Positions 23,756 to 43,215 of a stretch of 64,000 bases of DNA are shown here, piece by piece (the first letter of the stretch is position 1; the number at the start of each line of letters is the position of its first letter). The notes under the pieces were generated by a model. It was given only the letters and a program-made list of their open reading frames with translations, did no database searches and was not told the DNA's origin. The position numbers and the translations under genes were made by a program. This DNA comes from Macrostomum lignano (lineage: Eukaryota): assembly GCA_002269645.1 (NCBI GenBank), contig NIVC01000100.1, positions 186,001 to 250,000 on the forward strand. The letters are read 5' to 3'.

Positions 23756-25756
23756 ATGTGAATTTACATCATGTACAGGCCGCATATTAACTGAATGATG
23801 AATGAATCAACGAACGATGAAAAAATATCTATGTACATGATTAACATGATAAATGCATGCATAAGTATTTGGTCCGTGTTGACACTGAACAGGTGGCATA
23901 GTGACAAGTGGCGTGACTTTTGCACCTTGCAAGGTACAAAAATAATAGTTTGACTTTTTACAGGTGAATTTTTTTTCTAAACTTCGTATCGGGTGCAAGT
24001 GCAACGCAAGTTCATGTTTACAAATTACAATCTTCCATGCCATAATTCTTATATCTTATCTTCTCGAGTCAATTCCGATTCTGAGTCTCGGCTTGGGGTT
24101 TATTAATCATAATTTTTAACACAGAAATGAGTCATCACATGTAACTCTTTACAATCTGAACCAGGAATGTTCATAATTTTCTGTAATTTACGATATGTTA
24201 AACAGCATAGGTAAATGTAGTTGGTTGCCATGGTAGCACTGAGTAGACAAACTCAGTAACTAAATAGTAGTGGTCGTATATATTTATATGAGCAAATATA
24301 TACGCCCGTAAAAGAGAACATGGACTGACTCTAGGAGGAAAGGTAAACATACACAGTACACACATGCAGATAGCGGAATGCGCAATACGATCTGTGTAAA
24401 AATTAAATAATGCTTTATTAAATCACGCCACACCACCAGCAAACGTACGCACTACGCAGTGCGTTAGCTAAGTCTGTGCTAGTTGCTAAACTAAGGCAGT
24501 TACTGTTTCACAATTTAACAAATGCTTAATGCTTATTCAGCACATTAATTCGACAGTCCACTTGGTAAACTCTTTTTCTAGCTATGTCTTCTATTAAATT
24601 GAGCGTTGTTTGAATGTTTGATTGTTTGAGAAAATTGTCGAGGAGTTTAGTAGGACTAAATAAACGAAATACGAAATGAATAAGCGTGTGGTATGATGCA
24701 CGTTTACGATCATGCGAACTCCGAACTACAACTACCTACAACAAGTTCGTCAATCTTGCACACACAAAAGCCCTTTCAATGGCGTGAGTGGAAAGAGTGC
24801 GGCGTACTAAAGATGGTGTTTTTAACCGTTTGTTCGCTGGCGAGAGAAAACTGGTGCGAACCTCTCCACACACCGATGGAGGGGGAATCCCTCGCGAAGG
24901 GTTGCCTGCACGCTCCGCTCGTTTGCTGGGGGTTCCCTCAAAGTTCGCGAGAACCTCAAAATGGAACGAGATGAGGGGGTGGTGGCGTGGTTGGTCTATG
25001 CAATGGACAGAATCGCGGGCCGCTGAAAAATGGTTCCACCGCCTACCCAAGGACGTTTATTTTGTTCGTTCATCTTATTCATCCAATAGATAGTGGAGGA
25101 CCCCATATTCACTCCCCCGATGCCCCCAATTGGACAGGGCCCACAACCCCCGGGGCGGTCCATTCACTAGTTGGACTTAAATGTACAGTGGGCTCAGAGC
25201 TTGTGAGAGGCTATGCATGACGTGTTCGTTTTTTTACAGGGCCATAAGAGAGGGTGTGTGCTTCTAATATATGGGAATACAGCATAATAAAACCAGCGCC
25301 TGTCTGAATCTGCTTTTTCTTCTTTCTGGCACTGTTCTAAATAAGCAACCGGCTAAGAGAAAGACAGACAGACACAGACAGGAGAAAAATTTCCATTGAA
25401 GAGACGGCGGCGCTGGCAACAACAACACTCGGCTTAAGACCAAGCCATTCAGTGATTCACTCTGCTGGCGTGATGCCGTGATCTATAACTAAAGCTTTTA
25501 CGATATTTTAAAACCTTAACTTCAAAGTTCGCGCTTTTCTATAACTAAGCTGTGGTCCTCCCGTCAGTCGTCACTGAAGCGCTGCCTTGTCTGCCAGTTA
25601 AATGGCTAGTAATTGCTAACAAAGAAAACTATTTAGGCCTTTTTATTTGCATTTAGTTGATAGCTTTACAAAAATCTTACCCAAATCTTAGTTACGGAAT
25701 TACTTATTATGTTTTTGTTTTACTGACTTACTGACTTAAGTAATACAAGTATATTT

Positions 25757-28700
25757 ATGGACAAAATGAAACAGAATCAGAAGTTAAACTCGGAATCTGA
25801 TTTAAAAGTGCCCGTTCAATATGAGAATAAAAAATTATCAGACGTCGAGGGCGAGGTAAGCTGTTCTGTTAAATTAAAATTTAATTTTGTTATCGTTTTC
25901 GCTTGTCTTGTGCAATGTGTGGTCTTGTGTCGTTTTATCTTTACCTTATTGTGGTTTCAGTCTCAGATTGGTGGCCAGTTTCAGTTTAGAGAAATTAGAG
26001 AAATTACTATCGATAGCACCGGATTTAATTAATCTAAGTTAACGACAGAGATAAACTATAAACAGTCTAAACTTGCTGAAATGCTTCAACAGAGCTTATT
26101 GGGTTAAAATTAAATTGTTTCTTATCAGGCTTCAGTCAGATATAGATGTTAAAGTTGAGTTGAGTTGATTTTGAGTTGGCGCCAATACTAATTCATTTGA
26201 CCATACGCCACTTCATTTTGATTTGGCGCCAATTCCTTTGACTATGCGCCACTTCATTTTGATTTGGCGCCAATTCCTTTGACTGTGCGCCACTTCATTT
26301 TGATTTGGCGCCAATTCCTTTGACTATGCGCCACTTCATTTTGAGTTGGCGCTAATTCATTTGACTATGCGCCACTTCATTTTGAGTTGGCGCTAATTCA
26401 TTTGACTATGCGCCACTTCATTTTGAGTTGGCGCTAATTCATTTGACTATGCGCCACTTCATTTTGAGTTGGCGCTAATTCATTTGACTATGCGCCACTT
26501 CATTTTGATTTGGCGCCAATTCCTTTGACTATGCGCCACTTCATTTTGATTTGGCGCCAATTCCTTTGACTGTGCGCCACTTCATTTTGATTTGGCGCCA
26601 ATTCCTTTGACTATGCGCCACTTCATTTTGAGTTGGCGCTAATTCATTTGACTATGCGCCACTTCATTTTGAGTTGGCGCTAATTCATTTGACTATGAAC
26701 CAGTTTCATTTGTTGGCTTCTAGTCAAAGTTCATTAGTTGTGGCGCCAGAACCGTGGCCGCTAGCAAGTCGCGCCAAATCTCATGAACTATCATCAATGC
26801 GACTTACTGCAAGGGGGGTGCAGCCCACCGAGGCTGCTTAATTGAATTTTCGTTTTCCCAACTCACACTCATCTCCCCGAACTCGAACTCAGGCGGACAG
26901 CGATGAAGACAACAGGCGTCAGTTAGCGCAGCCTCCTCGCCTCTCTGTCTGTCGAAAAATCCTTTTCGGATTGGCCGCCCCGCCGCTACAGATGACTAGC
27001 AATATTTGCGGCTTCTTTTTCAGCATCTTCCTACTAGAAGTAGTGAAAATGTCGCCAGTCTACGTGTCAATTATCACATTCTCTGGTCGAGCCTGGGACG
27101 CCATAACCGACCCGCTGGTTGGTCAGCTGGTGTTTCGCACAGACACGCGGCTGGGCCGAACCAAGCCTTGGCTGATTGGGGCCAGCCTGATGGGCCCAGT
27201 TTCATTCTTTCTGATGTGGATCGGTCTGCCAGCCATCAATGTTGATGGCGATGAGAGCAAAAATGTGCAGACATTTTTCTACTATTTTGCCTGCTATTTG
27301 GCCTATTGTGCCATGATTACGGTGAGGAAATCATATATTGACATTTGACAATAAGTTTAAGGCAGGGTTTTTTTCGCTGACTGGCGCTAGGATGCGAGAT
27401 TGCATCGAAGGTCCAATTTCAAAGTGATGATGTGAAGCATCCTCATTGCATAATCTAGTTTGAGGCGATTTTAAATATCAGGGAGGCCAGATTGGGTGTC
27501 AGAGGAGTTTTATGGCGTGTCAGGTGGTTAGATTGGGTGTCAGAGGAGTTTTATGGCGTGTCAGGTGGTCAGATTGGGTGTCAGAGGAATTTTATGGGGT
27601 GTCAAGTGGCCAGATTGGGTGTCAGAGGAGTTTTATGGGGTGTCGGGTGGTCAGATTGGGTGTCAGAGGAGTTTTATGGGGTGTCAAGTGGTCAGATTGG
27701 GTGTCAGAGGAGTTTTATGGGGTGTCAAGTGGCCAGATTGGGTGTCAGAGGAGTTTTATGGGGTGTCAGATGCTCAGATTGGGTGTCAGAGGAGTTTTAT
27801 GACGTGTCAGGTGGTCAGATTGGGTGTCAGGGGAGTTTTATGGCGTGTCAGGTGTCAGAGGAGTTTTATGGCGCCCTATAGGAAAAAGTTGTAAAACCGT
27901 GGACGGTGTCCGGCGCACTTTTGAAATTTTTCTAAAGTGCAGCGCGCGCACAGGCGCATCGCCTGCGCGCGCGCTGCCCTTTCTTACTGGCTGCTGTTCT
28001 AGCAAATACATATACATGGAAATGGGTATAATACCTCTGTTGAAGGGGCTTATACACTCGTAATTTATTAAGCTTAGAGATGTTCCAAAAATTCAATTTC
28101 AATTTTCCAAATTTTTTTAGAGCGAATTTCAATTTCGAAAAAAATTTAGAAGTGAAAATTTTGGTAGTGTCTAAAAAGTCGCTAAAAATAAACTAATTTC
28201 TACTACATATACATGTATTACTTTTTGGCTAAGCAGTAAATTGAAAGTAAAAAAGTAAGTGTTAATCATACTAAACTTTGTTTTTCTGAATTATGATTTC
28301 GGGAAATTTCAATTTTGATTTTGGAAAGTTAGCGAATTTTGATTTCGACGAAACTGCAGATCTTTCGGAACATCTCTAATAATCCTAAAGCGCGGTAAAA
28401 TAGTTTGACTCTTTTCTAAAGCGCGCGTCCGCGGGTTTTTAACATTTATTCCATAGTATGGCGTGTCAGGTGGTCAGATTGGGTGTCAGAGGAGTTTTAT
28501 GGCGTGTCAGGTGGCCAGATTGGGTATTAGAGGAGTCGTATGGGGTGTCAATGTTAGGTGGTAAAATTGGGTATGTTAGGGCTGCATATTTCTGTGTTTC
28601 AATGGTCAGAGGTGTCAATATGGCTTATTATTCGAAACTGTCAAAGTTACATGTAATTCATAGTTCAGACGATCCAAAAGCATATTACATTATTTGTAGA

Positions 28701-31700
28701 CAATAGCTACAATCCAGTGTTTTTCCACACCTTAACAGTGCTACCACGTGCCCTACACCTCGTCAACCGTGCTCATATCAAATAATCCCAGCGACAAAGA
28801 CGGCGCCACAGCCTCTAGAATCGGTTTCGAACTGATCTTCACCATCATTGGCAGCGGAGTTTTCGGCGTAATTATCAGTTCGAAACGAGTCAACGAGAAA
28901 TGTCAGGCAGGCGGCCTGAAGCCCAACTTCACTGAGGAACAGCTGTTCCAAGAGGTAATTCGAAGATTAGGGTTGTGAAGATTCGGGTTTGTGAAGATTA
29001 GAGTTTGTGAAGATTAGGGTTTGTGAAGATTAGGGTTCGTGAAGATTCGGGTTTGTGAAGATTCGGGTTTGTGAAGATTAGAGTTTGTGAAGATTAGGGT
29101 TTGTGAAGATTAGGGTTCGTGAAGATTCGGGTTTGTGAAGATTAGGGTTCGTGAAGATTCGGGTTTGTGAAGATTAGGGTTCGTGAAGATTAGGGTTCGT
29201 GAAGATTAGGGTTCGTGAAGATTCGGGTTTGTGAAGATTAGGGTTTGTGAAGATTAGGGTTCGTGAAGCTTAGGGTTCGTGAAGATTAGGGTTCGTGAAG
29301 ATTAGGGTTCGTGAAGATTAGGGTTTGTGAAGATTATGGTTCGTGAAGATTAGGGTTCGTGAAGATTCGGGTTTGTGAAGATTAGGGTTTGTGAAGATTA
29401 GGGTTCGTGAAGCTTAGGGTTCGTGAAGATTAGGGTTCGTGAAGATTAGAGTTTGTGAAGATTAGGGTTTGTGAAGATTAGGGTTCGTGAAGATTAGGGT
29501 TCGTGAAGATTAGGGTTCGTGAAGATTAGGGTTCGTGAAGATTAGGGTTTGTGAAGATTAGGGTTTGTGAAGATTAGGGTTCGTGAAGATTAGGGTTCGT
29601 GAAGATTAGGGTTTGTGAAGTTTAGGGTTTGTGAAGATTAGGGTTCGTGAAGATTAGGGTTCGTGAGGATAGTTTGTGAAGCTTTTATTAATATTATTGA
29701 CTAATCTATGCAACACTGCGCACTACTAGTTAGTGGAAGTCAGTAGTATAATTAAACTGTATACGCTCGTAAAAGCCGTGTTTTTATTGATTTAATAATT
29801 TAATAATTCGATTATTACTCCAGCGCCAGAGCTACATGATAGCCGCTGGTATAATATCAGCGATCTACCTTATCTGCGGCATATTTGCCATATTCGGGAT
29901 TAAAGAACGCGTTAAGGACACATTCCGTCAGGACTCATTCTTCAAGAATATCCGCTGTGTGCTCACATTCAAGCCCTACCTGTTGCTAATGTTTGCGTTT
30001 CTGTTTATGTCGCTTGGAATTCAGGTGAATATTAAAAAAACCAAATTTAATATCTTTGCAAGCATCTAAAACAAGCATTATTTTCATTTTCAGATCGTAC
30101 AAGCCAACTTGGGACTCTATACTACTCACAGCGTAAAGCTGAGCAGTCACATGAGTTTCGGCATAGTAACCGTATTATCTGTAGCCGTCTTGTTCGTTCC
30201 GTTCTGGTACAAAATGGCCGATATGTTTGGCAAGAAGAAGATTTTCATGTGCGGCCTCATTGTGAGTTTAATTTTCTACCTGGTCATGCGTTTTTGTTTG
30301 ATTTGATTAGGGGTCGTTTGGTAGTTTAAAATAGCGAGTTTTATGACTGTGCCTGGCTCAATTGGCATTGGGTAGGGTAGGCCAGTTTTCTGACTGTTGG
30401 CTCAATTGGCCTTAGAAAGGCCAGTTTTATGACTATGCCTGGCTTAATTGGCATTAGAAAGGCCAGTTTTATGACTATGCCTGGCTTAATTGGCATTAGA
30501 TAGGCCAGCTTTATGACTATCTGGCTTAATCGGCATTAGAAAGACCAGTTTTATGACTATGCCTGGCTCAATTGGCATTAGAAAGACCAGTTTTATGACT
30601 ATGCCTGGCTCAATTGGCATTAGAAAGACCAGTTTTATGACTATGCCTGGCTTAATTGGCATTAGATAGACCAGTTTTATGACTATGCCTGGCTTAATTG
30701 GCATTAGAAAGACCAGTTTTATGACTATGCCTGGCTCAATTGGCATTAGAAAGACCAGTTTTATGACTATCTGGCTTAATCGGCATTAGAAAGACCAGTT
30801 TTATGACTATGCCTGGCTCAATTGGCATTAGAAAGACCAGTTTTATGACTATGCCTGGCTCAATTGGCATTAGAAAGACCAGTTTTATGACTATCTGGCT
30901 TAATCGGCATTAGAAAGACCAGTTTTATGACTATGCCTGGCTTAATCGGCATTAGAAAGACCAGTTTTATGACTATGCCTGGCTCAATTGGCATTAGAAA
31001 GACCAGTTTTATGACTATGCCTGGCTCAATTGGCATTAGAAAGACCAGTTTTATGACTATGCCTGGCTTAATTGGCATTAGAAAGACCAGTTTTATGACT
31101 ATCTGACTTAATTGGCATTAGATAGGGCAGTTTTATGACTATCTGGCTTAATCGGCATTAGATAGGCCAGTTTTATGACTATGCCTGGCTCAATTGGCAT
31201 TAGAAAGACCAGTTTTATGACTATGCCTGGCTTAATTGGCATTAGAAAGACCAGTTTTATGACTATCTGACTTAATTGGCATTAGATAGGCCAGTTTTAT
31301 GACTCATTCCTAACATTTTGCCTTATCCCACCACACTCTCTCCCAGCCAATGTTTCCGTGCCTGCTATTTGCAACCTTCATGCCAGCCGACAGTCTAATT
31401 TGCTATTATTCAGTGTGCGCAGTCTCTGGCCTATCAATCTCCGTTGCTATGCTAATGCCCTGGTCGATGCTACCAGACGTTATTGACGATTACTACGTGA
31501 AAAATGGGGAACGAAAAGAATCAGTGTTCTATTCTTTGTACGTGTTCTTCACCAAGTTTGCCAGCGGCATCAGCTTAGCCCTGTCCCAGTTGGCTCTGTA
31601 TGCCAGCGGCTACAACAGTGAGCAGACCTGCGACCAGCCCGAGTCGGTGGGCTTGGCTCTTCGCTACCTGGTCGGTCCGGGACCCGTAGTGTGCATAGCC

Positions 31701-32003
31701 ATCTCCATGCTGCTAATGTGCTTCTATCCGATCGATAAGGCCTATCGATTAAAGTTAAATGACGATTTGATAAAAAAATTTGGCGTGTCCGGTAAATCTT
31801 TGGAACTGTCGAAGACAGCGGCGTCGGAGGAGTATGTGGAGTCGGACGAAAATTCCGGTTGCGTCAGTTACAATATCGATTGCGACAAGGCCAGGGCCAG
31901 CCAGGTTGAGACAGACAGTGGCGGCAGCGGAGATAGCGGGAACGGCAGCGAGACAAAGAGCACCGACTGCCTGCTGTCGCATCGAGTATTAACGGCTTCC
32001 TGA
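25757..32003 (+). CDS. MFSD2: MFSD2-like sodium-dependent GPH/MFS transporter (lysophospholipid symporter family), 6 exons, ~589 aa
   Basis: Exons 25757-25855, 26893-27321, 28739-28954, 29824-30024, 30094-30261 and 31347-32003; all introns GT-AG, phase 0. Motifs GRAWDAITDPLVG..TRLGRTKPW, CYHVPY, KPYLLL, PWSMLPDVIDDY..ESVFYSLYVFFTKFASG are diagnostic of MFSD2. Confidence 0.9.
26172..26697. repeat. 41-bp minisatellite (GGCGCCAATTCCTTTGACTATGCGCCACTTCATTTTGATTT), ~12 copies, MFSD2 intron 1
   Basis: ATTTGGCGCC at 26221 and 26262; dimeric GCGCCA-containing halves. Confidence 0.95.
27480..28545. repeat. 41-bp minisatellite (GGTCAGATTGGGTGTCAGAGGAGTTTTATGGCGTGTCAGGT) split by an inserted element, MFSD2 intron 2
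   Basis: Array at 27480-27875 resumes at 28457-28545. Confidence 0.9.
27876..28456. mobile_element. MITE with ~30-bp imperfect TIRs, containing a second nested TIR element (28075-28378)
   Basis: Outer ends CTATAGGAAAAAGTTGTAAAACCGTGGACG / CGTCCGCGGGTTTTTAACATTTATTCCATAG. Inner ends TAGAGATGTTCC / GGAACATCTCTA. Confidence 0.7.
28976..29672. repeat. 16-bp minisatellite (GTGAAGATTAGGGTTY) containing TTAGGG, ~43 copies, MFSD2 intron 3
   Basis: GTGAAG at 29167, 29183 and 29199. Confidence 0.97.
30340..31305. repeat. 42-bp minisatellite (CCAGTTTTATGACTATGCCTGGCTCAATTGGCATTAGAAAGA), ~23 copies, MFSD2 intron 5
   Basis: Tandem repetition; 14-aa periodicity in the spurious minus-strand ORFs. Confidence 0.97.
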
Positions 32004-32129
32004 GTCCCAATTCGATCCCGGAGTCCAGATCCCAGTTCCAGACTGAAGTTCTTGGATTTTCAAATTAACGAAAAACTACTAATTGTTGTCGATGCGAAAT
32101 TCCAAACATCCGATCCTTTATCTCCATCA

Positions 32130-32700
32130 CAGATTTTGGATCCCAGATCCCCAATCTTGATCTCGAATCCTAGATCCCAAATCGTAGATCCCAGATCCTA
32201 GATTCCAAATCCCAGATCTCAAATTCCAGATCCTAGATTCCAAATCCCAGATCTCAAATTCCAGATCCTAGATTCCAAATCCCAGATCTCAAATTCCAGA
32301 TCCTAGATTCCAAATCCCAGATCTCAAATTCCAGATCCTAGATTCCAAATCCCAGATCTCAAATCCCAGATCCTAGATTCCAAATCCCAGATCTCAAATT
32401 CCAGATCCTAGATTCCAAATCCCAGATCTCAAATTCCAGATCCTAGATTCCAAATCCCAGATCTCAAATCCCAGATCTAAAATTCCACTATTCCAGATCT
32501 TAGATTCCAAATCCCAGATCTCAAATTCCAAATCCTAGTTTCCAAATCCCAGATCGTAATTCCAAATCCCAGGTCTTAAATCCCAGATACCAGATCTCTA
32601 ATCTTAGATACCAGATCCTAGATCCCTAATCCTAACCCTAATTCCTAGATACCGGATCCTAGATCTCCGACCCCAAATCCCAGATGCTAGGTCCCGAATC
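32130..32700. repeat. 35-bp repeat built from five 7-bp subunits (CAGATCCTAGATTCCAAATCCCAGATCTCAAATTC), just 3' of the MFSD2 stop
   Basis: AAATTCC at 32221 and 32256; degenerate 7-mer flanks. Confidence 0.9.
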
Positions 32701-33314
32701 ATCCCAAAATCTTAGATCCCAAATTTTAAATTAAGACTTCTATGCGCCATATTAAATTACACTTTGCCGGTTGATTCCACTTAGCTGTAGTGTATAGAAC
32801 GCCTATACTCTACTGGCCAATACATATTGTGTATATAATTGCTACATTTATAAGATTGTTAATTTATAACGGAATTTATATAGAAAATGGCTAGCCTATT
32901 TTTTCTATTTAATCCAGTAAATATTTGCTTTGCTCACCTGTCTTCTTACTTATCCCTTTTTTGCTTGAATGCATTTTGCTGACAATGCTGTACTAACATG
33001 CTGACTGCCCCCTCCAGCTTATTCAGTGTGCATCTGCTGTTTTGGATTGATTTTTTAAACATTTTTTTCTTTTTCTTAGTACATCTTCTATTATTCCCAA
33101 TACTTTGTACGCTTGAAAACTAAACAACAATCAATCTATACAAATTAACTAATAGCTACGTCAGTTTTGACGGAGTTAATCCCCAGTACTAATTTATTAT
33201 TAAACGTTTGAGAAAATCAATATATAGAATAATCAATTCATTTTTTTATAAATTAGTTTATATAAAACAGCTTCTTTATTAATTTGTTTTTTAGTCTGCA
33301 TGTAAGAATGCTCC

Positions 33315-33985
33315 TAGTTATGTTTCCCGCTCTCTCCGGCCCTATTCCCCGCTCTCTCCACCCCTATTCCCCGCTCTCTCCGCCCCTATTCCCCGCTCTC
33401 CCCGCCCCTATTCCCCGCTCTCCCCGCCCCTATTCCCCGCTCTCCCCGCCCCTATTCCCCGCTCTCTCCGCCCCTATTCCCCGCTCTCCCCGCCCCTATT
33501 CCCCGCTCTCCCCGCCCCTATTCCCCGCTCTCTCCGCCCCTATTCCCCGCTCTCCCCGCCCCTATTCCCCGCTCTCCCCGCCCCTATTCCCCGCTCTCCC
33601 CGCCCCTATTCCCCGCTCTCTCCGCCCCTATTCCCCGCTCTCCCCGCCCCTATTCCCCGCTCTCCCCGCCCCTATTCCCCGCCCCTATTCCCCGCTCTCC
33701 CCGCCCCTATTCCCCGCTCTCCCTGCCCCTATTCCCCGCTCTCTCCGCCCCTATTCCCCGCTCTCCCCGCCCCTATTCCCCGCTCTCCCCGCTCTCCCCG
33801 CCCCTATTCCCCGCTCTCCCCGCCCCTATTCCCCGCTCTCCCTGCCCCTATTCCCCGCTCTCTCCGCCCCTATTCCCCGCTCTCTCCGCCCCTATTCCCC
33901 GCTCTCTCCGCCCATATTCCCCGCTCTCTCCGCCCCTATTCCCCGCTCTCTCCGCCCATATTCCCCGCTCTCTCCGGCCCCCTAT
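33315..33985. repeat. 22-bp C-rich minisatellite (CCCCGCTCTCCCCGCCCCTATT), ~30 copies
   Basis: Tandem repetition; G4-runs on the minus strand. Confidence 0.97.
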
Positions 33986-35004
33986 CTTCCGCTTATCGCC
34001 CCTCATCTCCCGCCCTCTCCTCTCCGCCATCTGCTCTCTCTGCCCCTTATCTTCTGCTCTCTCCGCCCCTTATCTTCTGTAATCTGCTCTCTCCTCTCCG
34101 AAATCTGCTCTCTCCACCCCTACATGTATCTCCCGCTTTCTCTGACTCAATCTCATGTAGTCATGTTGCTCAGCTTCAGATTTCCACACCGTATTAATTA
34201 GAAAAGCAAGGTATAAGAAATGTAAGAAAGGTATAAGAAAATCAATTAGAATTTGTTTGCACTACAACAAACAGATAAACAAAAAAGGTAGATAATAATT
34301 GTTTACAATTTTATTTATAACTATTTACTTAATTCACGTAAAAAGATACTCAACAAGCAGTAAAATGTAAGCTAGAAAAGTAGTAGTAGCAGCACAAGTA
34401 AATATAGCAACGACTGTACAGACTTAATCAATCAAGCAATGAGAAGAAATAACAGCTTATACAAAATCGACAACATGTATATTAAAACTAACTGGGAGAT
34501 TAATATATTTATAAATTGCTGCCTTAGAGTAATTTTGAAGCAAAATTTACACAATGCAAATGCCAGCTACTTATAGTAGCTGAATGGGACATTTAAATTA
34601 AATATTTATTAGTAATAAAAAAATGAATTTGAATGACTAAAACAAAAAAGACAAATTTGGACACCGAGTGTGGAAATAACTGCATCAATAAGGGATATAA
34701 AAATAATTACAAGACAGTACAAGTTGTATTATCAGTAGTAGTATGATAATGTCATCATTATTGAGCCGAGTTGAGCAAAAGTGAAACTCGCATCCTTATT
34801 TCAATTCAGCGCTGGATCCAATCCAACCAGTTTGTGGCAATCGAATCGTTCCTTAAATATCCTAAAACCTTACCCATACCCGCATAATCACACAATAGAT
34901 ATTTACAAAACTTTCGCCTCTTGATGGATACAAAGTCTTACAAAGATACCTGCGAATCTCACCCCAGACATCTACAAAATCTAACGCTAGATTAGACATT
35001 TACA

Positions 35005-35305
35005 AAATGCTATCACAGACACAGACAAAGTGTCACCCTAGAAACAGACAAAATCTCATCTTCGAGACAGACTAAATGTTTACCCTAAGAACAGACAAAA
35101 TCTCACCCTAGAGACAGACAAAATCTCACCTTACAGACAGACGAAATCTCACAATAGACAGACCAAATTCCACCCTAGAGACAAAATCTACAATAGAGAC
35201 AGACAAAATATTACCTTAAGGACAGAAAATCTCACCTTAGACACAAAATCTCACTCTAGAGGCAGACAAAATCCCATCGTAGAGACAAACAAAATCTCAA
35301 TCCAG
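35005..35305. repeat. Degenerate ~23-bp repeat (GACAGACAAAATCTCACCCTAGA) downstream of the KAT2 stop
   Basis: Recurrent GACAGACAAAATCTCA motif. Confidence 0.75.
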
Positions 35306-35345
35306 ATACCCGCAAACTCTGTCGCAATTCGAATCCCAGCGCGCA

Positions 35346-43215
<7,870 letters not shown>

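Noticed and set aside
24225-24257. RFX X-box-like GTTGCCATGGTAGC plus a 7-bp hairpin; similar half-match at ~20247
   Set aside because: Mismatched to consensus and expected by chance in 64 kb.
24693-25220. GC-richer island with overlapping ORFs on both strands
   Set aside because: No recognisable domain or splice structure; the possible Helitron-like end (CCCCGGGG..CTAG) is too weak.
33284-34201. 305-aa Pro-rich extensin-like ORF
   Set aside because: Translation of the 22-bp C-rich satellite; no ATG start or unique domain.
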